From positions 26,972,001 to 27,036,000 of the forward strand of contig CM119372.1 of assembly GCA_051294905.1 (NCBI GenBank): a DNA stretch of 64,000 bases, given 5' to 3'. The stretch is from Botryllus schlosseri (Eukaryota). Positions 14,185 to 25,138 of the stretch are shown here, in pieces (position 1 is the first letter of the stretch; the number at the start of each line of letters is the position of its first letter). Under the pieces are notes generated by a model. It did no database searches. It was not told where the DNA came from and saw nothing but the letters and a program-made list of their open reading frames with translations. The translations under genes were made by a program, and so were the position numbers.

Positions 14185-14403
14185 TGAAATGAAAATAACG
14201 CAAAGCGATTCTGGATTCAAACATATACGCGTATTGTGACATCACAGAGAAGATAACTTTCAGGCCTAAAAAGTTTGTACCTTTGTGACGTCATAAACAA
14301 TATAATCGAGATTGTAATTTGAAAGGACTACAGCAAGTTATGGCACTGAAAATGAGGTTTGAAAGCGTATATACAATGATTAAATACATATGCACCGAAT
14401 TTC

Positions 14404-17163
14404 TCAACTGCAGATTCGCATGGTGTAATGTGACATGCACCCCCGATCTATATTAAGCCCTTGATGGAACGTATTGAATTGGTCGATGTATTTCTGTTCA
14501 GTGGCCTTGCGCAGGGTTGAGTCCTCGATGTTCCCGGCCAACACGTTAACAATCATATCATTTTCCGAGTGTCCCGCAGAAGAAAAGTGCTCACCGACAG
14601 GCTTCGATCTGTTTCGTTTAGAAATGTCATGTCGATGACTATTTATTCTTCTGTGGAGTGGTTGGCCAGTTTCGCCAATGTACCACGCAGCATCACATCC
14701 CTTTTTGCAACGAATTAAATATATCACATTATCAGATTTGCATGTGTACTGGCCTTTGGTCCTGTGATTAGTTTGTCCTCTAGTAATCACGGTGCTGGTG
14801 TCGAGAATTGGACACGTTTTACACGAAGTTTGTCCGCAATTTTCAACAACGTTTTTTTGTATTGTATGAGGTAATCTGCTTTGTACCAAAATGCTTCGCA
14901 AGTTTCGAGGTTGTCGGATGGCTAGAAGTGGCCTCCTTGGGAATGCCTCTTTACATTTTGGATCATTTTCCAAAATACGTTGGTGTTTCCGTAGCATCTT
15001 ACGAATCTTTTCCGCCCCGGGAAAATATGTGGTAACCATCGGCACTCTGTGTTCTTTTTTTCCATCACTACTACTGCTGCCAAGGAGTTCTTCTCGTGGA
15101 ACGTTGATAGCCTTGTTAATTTGGATCTTTGTCAGATTTTGATCATATCCAGAATTTATTAGTTCATCTCTTAGAACTTGCAGATGATAATCCCTGTCGT
15201 CTTTCTTTGAGCAAATACGATGTATACGAAGAGCCTTGCTGTATATTATGCCCTTTTTACAGTGCATCGGATGAAAGCTGTGATAGTTCAATATTTTACC
15301 GGAGTCCGTTGGTTTACGATAAAGTGATGTGGTAATAGAACTCTCTTCGATATTGACTAGCGTATCGAGGAATGGGACGGCGTTCGTCGAGTGTTCCATA
15401 GTTAGTCGGATATTTGGATGAAAGCCGTTTATGGACTCGTGAAACTGTTTTAGTGATTCTTCTCCGTGGGTCCATATCATAAATATATCATCGATATATC
15501 TGGTGTAGAATATAGGTCGCAATTTCTGGGTTTCCATAAAATCTTTTTCAAAATGATGCATGAAAATATTTGCATATTGTGGAGCAAATTTCGTGCCCAT
15601 TGCCGTACCTTGAAGTTGTAAAAAAATGTCGTTATTAAATTCGAAGGTATTATGCGTCAACGTGAATCTGATGAGCTCCATGATGCTTTCTTTCATTGGG
15701 TGACTACTTTCCTCCAAGGATCTTTCCACAGCTTTCATACCATCACTATGTGGAATGCTCGTGTACAGTGACGAAACGTCCATGGTAGCTAATATAGTGC
15801 CTGGTTTCAATTTCTTGAAATGCTTGAGTTTGTTCAAGAAATCTGTTGTGTCCCGGCAAAAACTGGGTGTGCTTTTCACCAATGGTTTGAGATGTGTTTC
15901 CACGTATCCAGATATTTTTTCTGTTAGCGTGTTGTTGCACGAGACAATGGGGCGTCCAGGAATGTTCGCCTTGTGTAGTTTCGGAAGCAGATAAAAGCGG
16001 GCGAGGCAAGGATCAGCAGGCTTATTGATTTTCGATTTCTCTTCTTCACACATGTCTAAAGATTTGATAATGTCCCTCAATTCCTTTGTGTGTTGTTTTG
16101 TTGGGTCATTTGCTAATTTTTTGTACGAATCGGTGTCGTTCAGCTGCCTGTAACCTTCTTCTAGGTAGTCTTTCAAATCCATAACGACTACTTTTCCTCC
16201 TTTATCTGCAGGCTTTACCACGATGTCATGGTCATGTTTTAGTTCCCTTATTGCTCTTCTCTGCTCATTTGTGAGATTTTCGTCGTGGTTTCTTTTCCAA
16301 TTGTCAGATTTGCTGATGAATGTTGCATTTAACTCATTGTGAAAACTTTCCAGATATTTATCCAAATTAGCGTTTTCGCCGTGTGGTGCCCTCCATTTTA
16401 TATTTTTCTTCGGTTTCTTGCTGAGTATTTGCTCATTTGTATTCTGGACATTTTGAGACCCATCGTTTTTCGAATTGGTATCGTAGAAATGAAATTCATT
16501 TCTCATTTTTCTGTCAAATTCGTCTGCGTCTCCGGCGAGCACGTACGGATCTAGTTTTTGTGCAGGACAGAATTTCAAATTCAGACTGAGCACTTCTATT
16601 TGAGATTGGCTCAGTGTTTTGCTAGACAGATTTGCGATAGCCAGATTTGATTCATTGCTTTCAGCTGTTGCACCAGGAGGCAGTGATATTTCAGATTGCT
16701 GTCTTTCCGTTAGTAATTGCGTAATTTTTTTCTCCTTCTGCATGATCATCTCTTTTACTTCCTTTGTCGAAATATTTCGAACTACTTCACGCAACTCTCG
16801 TTGTGATTCGGGATTGGCAACTAAATTTATGGTATACTCAATATCGTACCTGAGCTTTGCTCTGCTTCTGTAATGCACATCAGTCAGATGTGCCATCAAT
16901 TTCTTCGACATTCGTCGAGCCAAATTTTCGGAGTATGTTGTCCTGAAGGTGTTACGTAAAGGATTCTGAATTCGTAGACCCTTTGGGATCAGGTCGCGCT
17001 TTTTGCATTCGGACAGAAAAAAGATGTCCGCGTTTTTGCGAGCAATCTTCTTTGCGATTCTTTCCACTTTAACTCGGCATTTTCTGGTGTGATCCATAGT
17101 TGAATAATTCTTTGGGCCGATAGCAGACGATATAGATAATATTAGGATCTTGGTTGTTTTCAC
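14404..17163 (-). CDS. Penelope-like RT-GIY-YIG endonuclease polyprotein, copy 1 (intact)
   Basis: RT motifs KPADKG, FYLLPKLHK, GRPIVS, TMDVSSLYTSI, QLQGTAMG, RYIDDIF, PFLD; Cys linker CGQTSCKTC; endonuclease NVIYLIRC..C..YIGETG..L.RRI..HR. The track start is a GTG; the first ATG is at 17097 (897 aa). Confidence 0.96.
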   Translation of the reverse strand: MKTTKILILSISSAIGPKNYSTMDHTRKCRVKVERIAKKIARKNADIFFLSECKKRDLIPKGLRIQNPLRNTFRTTYSENLARRMSKKLMAHLTDVHYRSRAKLRYDIEYTINLVANPESQRELREVVRNISTKEVKEMIMQKEKKITQLLTERQQSEISLPPGATAESNESNLAIANLSSKTLSQSQIEVLSLNLKFCPAQKLDPYVLAGDADEFDRKMRNEFHFYDTNSKNDGSQNVQNTNEQILSKKPKKNIKWRAPHGENANLDKYLESFHNELNATFISKSDNWKRNHDENLTNEQRRAIRELKHDHDIVVKPADKGGKVVVMDLKDYLEEGYRQLNDTDSYKKLANDPTKQHTKELRDIIKSLDMCEEEKSKINKPADPCLARFYLLPKLHKANIPGRPIVSCNNTLTEKISGYVETHLKPLVKSTPSFCRDTTDFLNKLKHFKKLKPGTILATMDVSSLYTSIPHSDGMKAVERSLEESSHPMKESIMELIRFTLTHNTFEFNNDIFLQLQGTAMGTKFAPQYANIFMHHFEKDFMETQKLRPIFYTRYIDDIFMIWTHGEESLKQFHESINGFHPNIRLTMEHSTNAVPFLDTLVNIEESSITTSLYRKPTDSGKILNYHSFHPMHCKKGIIYSKALRIHRICSKKDDRDYHLQVLRDELINSGYDQNLTKIQINKAINVPREELLGSSSSDGKKEHRVPMVTTYFPGAEKIRKMLRKHQRILENDPKCKEAFPRRPLLAIRQPRNLRSILVQSRLPHTIQKNVVENCGQTSCKTCPILDTSTVITRGQTNHRTKGQYTCKSDNVIYLIRCKKGCDAAWYIGETGQPLHRRINSHRHDISKRNRSKPVGEHFSSAGHSENDMIVNVLAGNIEDSTLRKATEQKYIDQFNTFHQGLNIDRGCMSHYTMRICS

Positions 17164-17206
17164 ACCCTATTTACCGTCCACTTGCAACGTAATAATTTTA
17201 TTTATT

Positions 17207-17243
17207 ACACGAGCTTTCGGAGCTCCGCTCCTTCTTCAGGTGT
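17207..17243 (-). ncRNA. Minimal hammerhead ribozyme motif
   Basis: Same motif as 31335-31371, reverse complement. Confidence 0.85.
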
Positions 17244-17462
17244 TGAAATGAAAATAACGCAAAGCGATTCTGGATTCAAACATATACGCGTATTGTGACA
17301 TCACAGAGAAGATAACTTTCAGGCCTAAAAAGTTTGTACCTTTGTGACGTCATAAACAATATAATCGAGATTGTAATTTGAAAGGACTACAGCAAGTTAT
17401 GGCACTGAAAATGAGGTTTGAAAGCGTATATACAATGATTAAATACATATGCACCGAATTTC

Positions 17463-20400
17463 TCAACTGCAGATTCGCATGGTGTAATGTGACATGCACC
17501 CCCGATCTATATTAAGCCCTTGATGGAACGTATTGAATTGGTCGATGTATTTCTGTTCAGTGGCCTTGCGCAGGGTTGAGTCCTCGATGTTCCCGGCCAA
17601 CACGTTAACAATCATATCATTTTCCGAGTGTCCCGCAGAAGAAAAGTGCTCACCGACAGGCTTCGATCTGTTTCGTTTAGAAATGTCATGTCGATGACTA
17701 TTTATTCTTCTGTGGAGTGGTTGGCCAGTTTCGCCAATGTACCACGCAGCATCACATCCCTTTTTGCAACGAATTAAATATATCACATTATCAGATTTGC
17801 ATGTGTACTGGCCTTTGGTCCTGTGATTAGTTTGTCCTCTAGTAATCACGGTGCTGGTGTCGAGAATTGGACACGTCTTACACGAAGTTTGTCCGCAATT
17901 TTCAACAACGTTTTTTTGTATTGTATGAGGTAATCTGCTTTGTACCAAAATGCTTCGCAAGTTTCGAGGTTGTCGGATGGCTAGAAGTGGCCTCCTTGGG
18001 AATGCCTCTTTACATTTTGGATCATTTTCCAAAATACGTTGGTGTTTCCGTAGCATCTTACGAATCTTTTCCGCCCCGGGAAAATATGTGGTAACCATCG
18101 GCACTCTGTGTTCTTTTTTTCCATCACTACTACTGCTGCCAAGGAGTTCTTCTCGTGGAACGTTGATAGCCTTGTTAATTTGGATCTTTGTCAGATTTTG
18201 ATCATATCCAGAATTTATTAGTTCATCTCTTAGAACTTGCAGATGATAATCCCTGTCGTCTTTCTTTGAGCAAATACGATGTATACGAAGAGCCTTGCTG
18301 TATATTATGCCCTTTTTACAGTGCATCGGATGAAAGCTGTGATAGTTCAATATTTTACCGGAGTCCGTTGGTTTACGATAAAGTGATGTGGTGATAGAAC
18401 TCTCTTCGATATTGACTAGCGTATCGAGGAATGGGACGGCGTTCGTCGAGTGTTCCATAGTTAGTCGGATATTTGGATGAAAGCCGTTTATGGACTCGTG
18501 AAACTGTTTTAGTGATTCTTCTCCGTGGGTCCATATCATAAATATATCATCGATATATCTGGTGTAGAATATAGGTCGCAATTTCTGGGTTTCCATAAAA
18601 TCTTTTTCAAAATGATGCATGAAAATATTTGCATATTGTGGAGCAAATTTCGTGCCCATTGCCGTACCTTGAAGTTGTAAAAAAATGTCGTTATTAAATT
18701 CGAAGGTATTATGCGTCAACGTGAATCTGATGAGCTCCATGATGCTTTCTTTCATTGGGTGACTACTTTCCTCCAAGGATCTTTCCACAGCTTTCATACC
18801 ATCACTATGTGGAATGCTCGTGTATAGTGACGAAACGTCCATGGTAGCTAATATAGTGCCTGGTTTCAATTTCTTGAAATGCTTGAGTTTGTTCAAGAAA
18901 TCTGTTGTGTCCCGGCAAAAACTGGGTGTGCTTTTCACCAATGGTTTGAGATGTGTTTCCACGTATCCAGATATTTTTTCTGTTAGCGTGTTGTTGCACG
19001 AGACAATGGGGCGTCCAGGAATGTTCGCCTTTACTTCGTTTCCATGCTCGGCCGATGGGCCCATTTTCGAGAGACTCGGCCGACGAACGAGAGAATTTTG
19101 TTGCGCATTTACAGTGATGCACACCCACGTCGGCCGACTCGTCGGCCATCTAGTAAATCCTTCGGCTTAGCCCTTCGGCCATGCTTGCGCTGTGTCTTCG
19201 ATTAGCTAATTGGTATTCGCTACTTACAATACACTTTTCGTATCAAATTAACCATGGCTGCACTCCGGACGGATCTTGGACGCCTTGAGAAACCAAGAAT
19301 TATGATCGCAACGGAATTTAGTAGTACCGGTACTGCTACGAATTACCCGTAGGCTACCGAAATCTTCGCGATCTGATCACATACGCTGCTGCCACAATTC
19401 GAAGGTTTGCGTTCTATGGTGCATGGATACAATACAAACTATACCGCTTGACCACAAACTAGGTGAACTTATTCACATTCCCCTGGTAAGCAAATCATCG
19501 ACAGGACACTGGACGTTCATGTCTGAATCATGACGAAGAAACAGTAGTACCGGTAGACTACTGGAGAAGTTACTATTCTGTGCTCGAAATTATTGGACCA
19601 CGATATCCCATATCTATATCCCCCACATACTAAGATATGCCACCAATTTTCATCTTTTATCCATCTTATTTTATCTTCTGTTAGTTTTAAGCAATTGGTT
19701 CATCGTGACCATTTTACATGTTGGATGCATTTCGTGTTCAAGGTCAAAGCGTGTTGTTTGATTGAATGACCGCTACAAGTCTTTTCGGCTCATTCCTACC
19801 GAGTCATTTATCGCAATCTTCTGATTATTATGAAATTGTTACTGAGTAAGTAAGCCAAAAACGTCATCGCGATCGCTTCGCCCACCTAGTTCGGCCAAGT
19901 CACGGTTGGGTTACGTCTGCTCATGGAAACACGGCCGACATGTACAACGCATGCGTCATGGCCTTTCGGCCGACCGTCGGCCGAGCATGGAAACGAAGTA
20001 TATGGTGCATGGATACAATACAAACTATACCGCTTGACCACAAACTAGGTGAACTTATTCACATTCCCCTGGTAAGCAAATCATCGACAGGACACTGGAC
20101 GTTCATGTCTGAATCATGACGAAGAAACAGTAGTACCGGTAGACTACTGGAGAAGTTACTATTCTGTGCTCGAAATTATTGGACCACGATATCCCATATC
20201 TATATCCCCCACATACTAAGATATGCCACCAATTTTCATCTTTTATCCATCTTATTTTATCTTCTGTTAGTTTTAAGCAATTGGTTCATCGTGACCATTT
20301 TACATGTTGGATGCATTTCGTGTTCAAGGTCAAAGCGTGTTGTTTGATTGAATGACCGCTACAAGTCTTTTCGGCTCATTCCTACCGAGTCATTTATCGC

Positions 20401-21780
20401 AATCTTCTGATTATTATGAAATTGTTACTGAGTAAGTAAGCCAAAAACGTCATCGCGATCGCTGCGCCCACCTAGTTCGGCCAAGTCACGGTTGGGTTAC
20501 GTCTGCTCATGGAAACACGGCCGACATGTACAACGCATGCGTCATGGCCTTTCGGCCGACCGTCGGCCGAGCATGGAAACGAAGTAATAGTGTAGTTTCG
20601 GAAGCAGATAAAAGCGGGCGAGGCAAGGATCAGCAGGCTTATTGATTTTCGATTTCTCTTCTTCACACATGTCTAAAGATTTGATAATGTCCCTCAATTC
20701 CTTTGTGTGTTGTTTTGTTGGGTCATTTGCTAATTTTTTGTACGAATCGGTGTCGTTCAGCTGCCTGTAACCTTCTTCTAGGTAGTCTTTCAAATCCATA
20801 ACGACTACTTTTCCTCCTTTATCTGCAGGCTTTACCACGATGTCATGGTCATGTTTTAGTTCCCTTATTGCTCTTCTCTGCTCATTTGTGAGATTTTCGT
20901 CGTGGTTTCTTTTCCAATTGTCAGATTTGCTGATGAATGTTGCATTTAACTCATTGTGAAAACTTTCCAGATATTTATCCAAATTAGCGTTTTCGCCGTG
21001 TGGTGCCCTCCATTTTATATTTTTCTTCGGTTTCTTGCTGAGTATTTGCTCATTTGTATTCTGGACATTTTGAGACCCATCGTTTTTCGAATTGGTATCG
21101 TAGAAATGAAATTCATTTCTCATTTTTCTGTCAAATTCGTCTGCGTCTCCGGCGAGCACGTACGGATCTAGTTTTTGTGCAGGACAGAATTTCAAATTCA
21201 GACTGAGCACTTCTATTTGAGATTGGCTCAGTGTTTTGCTAGACAGATTTGCGATAGCCAGATTTGATTCATTGCTTTCAGCTGTTGCACCAGGAGGCAG
21301 TGATATTTCAGATTGCTGTCTTTCCGTTAGTAATTGCGTAATTTTTTTCTCCTTCTGCATGATCATCTCTTTTACTTCCTTTGTCGAAATATTTCGAACT
21401 ACTTCACGCAACTCTCGTTGTGATTCGGGATTGGCAACTAAATTTATGGTATACTCAATATCGTACCTGAGCTTTGCTCTGCTTCTGTAATGCACATCAG
21501 TCAGATGTGCCATCAATTTCTTCGACATTCGTCGAGCCAAATTTTCGGAGTATGTTGTCCTGAAGGTGTTACGTAAAGGATTCTGAATTCGTAGACCCTT
21601 TGGGATCAGGTCGCGCTTTTTGCATTCGGACAGAAAAAAGATGTCCGCGTTTTTGCGAGCAATCTTCTTTGCGATTCTTTCCACTTTAACTCGGCATTTT
21701 CTGGTGTGATCCATAGTTGAATAATTCTTTGGGCCGATAGCAGACGATATAGATAATATTAGGATCTTGGTTGTTTTCAC
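17463..21780 (-). pseudogene. Penelope-like ORF copy 2, interrupted by a 1558-bp insertion
   Basis: N-terminal part 20590-21780 (to ...LLPKLH) and C-terminal part 17463-19031 (KANIPGRP...) rejoin exactly when 19032-20589 is removed. Confidence 0.95.
19032..20586. mobile_element. 969-bp MITE (PIF/Harbinger-like TIR) plus tandem duplication of its right 586 bp
   Basis: TIR TACTTCGTTTCCATGCTCGGCCGA / TCGGCCGAGCATGGAAACGAAGTA. The right TIR occurs twice (ending 20000 and 20586); 19415-20000 is repeated at 20001-20586. TCGGCC subterminal repeats. The superfamily assignment is tentative. Confidence 0.88.
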
Positions 21781-21823
21781 ACCCTATTTACCGTCCACTT
21801 GCAACGTAATAATTTTATTTATT

Positions 21824-21860
21824 ACACGAGCTTTCGGAGCTCCGCTCCTTCTTCAGGTGT
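21824..21860 (-). ncRNA. Minimal hammerhead ribozyme motif
   Basis: Same motif as 31335-31371, reverse complement. Confidence 0.85.
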
Positions 21861-22079
21861 TGAAATGAAAATAACGCAAAGCGATTCTGGATTCAAACAT
21901 ATACGCGTATTGTGACATCACAGAGAAGATAACTTTCAGGCCTAAAAAGTTTGTACCTTTGTGACGTCATAAACAATATAATCGAGATTGTAATTTGAAA
22001 GGACTACAGCAAGTTATGGCACTGAAAATGAGGTTTGAAAGCGTATATACAATGATTAAATACATATGCACCGAATTTC

Positions 22080-24839
22080 TCAACTGCAGATTCGCATGGT
22101 GTAATGTGACATGCACCCCCGATCTATATTAAGCCCTTGATGGAACGTATTGAATTGGTCGATGTATTTCTGTTCAGTGGCCTTGCGCAGGGTTGAGTCC
22201 TCGATGTTCCCGGCCAACACGTTAACAATCATATCATTTTCCGAGTGTCCCGCAGAAGAAAAGTGCTCACCGACAGGCTTCGATCTGTTTCGTTTAGAAA
22301 TGTCATGTCGATGACTATTTATTCTTCTGTGGAGTGGTTGGCCAGTTTCGCCAATGTACCACGCAGCATCACATCCCTTTTTGCAACGAATTAAATATAT
22401 CACATTATCAGATTTGCATGTGTACTGGCCTTTGGTCCTGTGATTAGTTTGTCCTCTAGTAATCACGGTGCTGGTGTCGAGAATTGGACACGTCTTACAC
22501 GAAGTTTGTCCGCAATTTTCAACAACGTTTTTTTGTATTGTATGAGGTAATCTGCTTTGTACCAAAATGCTTCGCAAGTTTCGAGGTTGTCGGATGGCTA
22601 GAAGTGGCCTCCTTGGGAATGCCTCTTTACATTTTGGATCATTTTCCAAAATACGTTGGTGTTTCCGTAGCATCTTACGAATCTTTTCCGCCCCGGGAAA
22701 ATATGTGGTAACCATCGGCACTCTGTGTTCTTTTTTTCCATCACTACTACTGCTGCCAAGGAGTTCTTCTCGTGGAACGTTGATAGCCTTGTTAATTTGG
22801 ATCTTTGTCAGATTTTGATCATATCCAGAATTTATTAGTTCATCTCTTAGAACTTGCAGATGATAATCCCTGTCGTCTTTCTTTGAGCAAATACGATGTA
22901 TACGAAGAGCCTTGCTGTATATTATGCCCTTTTTACAGTGCATCGGATGAAAGCTGTGATAGTTCAATATTTTACCGGAGTCCGTTGGTTTACGATAAAG
23001 TGATGTGGTAATAGAACTCTCTTCGATATTGACTAGCGTATCGAGGAATGGGACGGCGTTCGTCGAGTGTTCCATAGTTAGTCGGATATTTGGATGAAAG
23101 CCGTTTATGGACTCGTGAAACTGTTTTAGTGATTCTTCTCCGTGGGTCCATATCATAAATATATCATCGATATATCTGGTGTAGAATATAGGTCGCAATT
23201 TCTGGGTTTCCATAAAATCTTTTTCAAAATGATGCATGAAAATATTTGCATATTGTGGAGCAAATTTCGTGCCCATTGCCGTACCTTGAAGTTGTAAAAA
23301 AATGTCGTTATTAAATTCGAAGGTATTATGCGTCAACGTGAATCTGATGAGCTCCATGATGCTTTCTTTCATTGGGTGACTACTTTCCTCCAAGGATCTT
23401 TCCACAGCTTTCATACCATCACTATGTGGAATGCTCGTGTATAGTGACGAAACGTCCATGGTAGCTAATATAGTGCCTGGTTTCAATTTCTTGAAATGCT
23501 TGAGTTTGTTCAAGAAATCTGTTGTGTCCCGGCAAAAACTGGGTGTGCTTTTCACCAATGGTTTGAGATGTGTTTCCACGTATCCAGATATTTTTTCTGT
23601 TAGCGTGTTGTTGCACGAGACAATGGGGCGTCCAGGAATGTTCGCCTTGTGTAGTTTCGGAAGCAGATAAAAGCGGGCGAGGCAAGGATCAGCAGGCTTA
23701 TTGATTTTCGATTTCTCTTCTTCACACATGTCTAAAGATTTGATAATGTCCCTCAATTCCTTTGTGTGTTGTTTTGTTGGGTCATTTGCTAATTTTTTGT
23801 ACGAATCGGTGTCGTTCAGCTGCCTGTAACCTTCTTCTAGGTAGTCTTTCAAATCCATAACGACTACTTTTCCTCCTTTATCTGCAGGCTTTACCACGAT
23901 GTCATGGTCATGTTTTAGTTCCCTTATTGCTCTTCTCTGCTCATTTGTGAGATTTTCGTCGTGGTTTCTTTTCCAATTGTCAGATTTGCTGATGAATGTT
24001 GCATTTAACTCATTGTGAAAACTTTCCAGATATTTATCCAAATTAGCGTTTTCGCCGTGTGGTGCCCTCCATTTTATATTTTTCTTCGGTTTCTTGCTGA
24101 GTATTTGCTCATTTGTATTCTGGACATTTTGAGACCCATCGTTTTTCGAATTGGTATCGTAGAAATGAAATTCATTTCTCATTTTTCTGTCAAATTCGTC
24201 TGCGTCTCCGGCGAGCACGTACGGATCTAGTTTTTGTGCAGGACAGAATTTCAAATTCAGACTGAGCACTTCTATTTGAGATTGGCTCAGTGTTTTGCTA
24301 GACAGATTTGCGATAGCCAGATTTGATTCATTGCTTTCAGCTGTTGCACCAGGAGGCAGTGATATTTCAGATTGCTGTCTTTCCGTTAGTAATTGCGTAA
24401 TTTTTTTCTCCTTCTGCATGATCATCTCTTTTACTTCCTTTGTCGAAATATTTCGAACTACTTCACGCAACTCTCGTTGTGATTCGGGATTGGCAACTAA
24501 ATTTATGGTATACTCAATATCGTACCTGAGCTTTGCTCTGCTTCTGTAATGCACATCAGTCAGATGTGCCATCAATTTCTTCGACATTCGTCGAGCCAAA
24601 TTTTCGGAGTATGTTGTCCTGAAGGTGTTACGTAAAGGATTCTGAATTCGTAGACCCTTTGGGATCAGGTCGCGCTTTTTGCATTCGGACAGAAAAAAGA
24701 TGTCCGCGTTTTTGCGAGCAATCTTCTTTGCGATTCTTTCCACTTTAACTCGGCATTTTCTGGTGTGATCCATAGTTGAATAATTCTTTGGGCCGATAGC
24801 AGACGATATAGATAATATTAGGATCTTGGTTGTTTTCAC
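22080..24839 (-). CDS. Penelope-like RT-GIY-YIG polyprotein, copy 3 (intact)
   Basis: Translation matches copy 1; first ATG at 24773. Confidence 0.96.
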   Translation of the reverse strand: MKTTKILILSISSAIGPKNYSTMDHTRKCRVKVERIAKKIARKNADIFFLSECKKRDLIPKGLRIQNPLRNTFRTTYSENLARRMSKKLMAHLTDVHYRSRAKLRYDIEYTINLVANPESQRELREVVRNISTKEVKEMIMQKEKKITQLLTERQQSEISLPPGATAESNESNLAIANLSSKTLSQSQIEVLSLNLKFCPAQKLDPYVLAGDADEFDRKMRNEFHFYDTNSKNDGSQNVQNTNEQILSKKPKKNIKWRAPHGENANLDKYLESFHNELNATFISKSDNWKRNHDENLTNEQRRAIRELKHDHDIVVKPADKGGKVVVMDLKDYLEEGYRQLNDTDSYKKLANDPTKQHTKELRDIIKSLDMCEEEKSKINKPADPCLARFYLLPKLHKANIPGRPIVSCNNTLTEKISGYVETHLKPLVKSTPSFCRDTTDFLNKLKHFKKLKPGTILATMDVSSLYTSIPHSDGMKAVERSLEESSHPMKESIMELIRFTLTHNTFEFNNDIFLQLQGTAMGTKFAPQYANIFMHHFEKDFMETQKLRPIFYTRYIDDIFMIWTHGEESLKQFHESINGFHPNIRLTMEHSTNAVPFLDTLVNIEESSITTSLYRKPTDSGKILNYHSFHPMHCKKGIIYSKALRIHRICSKKDDRDYHLQVLRDELINSGYDQNLTKIQINKAINVPREELLGSSSSDGKKEHRVPMVTTYFPGAEKIRKMLRKHQRILENDPKCKEAFPRRPLLAIRQPRNLRSILVQSRLPHTIQKNVVENCGQTSCKTCPILDTSTVITRGQTNHRTKGQYTCKSDNVIYLIRCKKGCDAAWYIGETGQPLHRRINSHRHDISKRNRSKPVGEHFSSAGHSENDMIVNVLAGNIEDSTLRKATEQKYIDQFNTFHQGLNIDRGCMSHYTMRICS

Positions 24840-24882
24840 ACCCTATTTACCGTCCACTTGCAACGTAATAATTTTATTTATT

Positions 24883-24919
24883 ACACGAGCTTTCGGAGCT
24901 CCGCTCCTTCTTCAGGTGT
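24883..24919 (-). ncRNA. Minimal hammerhead ribozyme motif
   Basis: Same motif as 31335-31371, reverse complement. Confidence 0.85.
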
Positions 24920-25138
24920 TGAAATGAAAATAACGCAAAGCGATTCTGGATTCAAACATATACGCGTATTGTGACATCACAGAGAAGATAACTTTCAGGC
25001 CTAAAAAGTTTGTACCTTTGTGACGTCATAAACAATATAATCGAGATTGTAATTTGAAAGGACTACAGCAAGTTATGGCACTGAAAATGAGGTTTGAAAG
25101 CGTATATACAATGATTAAATACATATGCACCGAATTTC

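Noticed and set aside
17463..21780. 553-aa and 412-aa ORFs as a natural two-gene system
   Set aside because: They are the two halves of one ORF split by the MITE; the extra residues come from TIR sequence.
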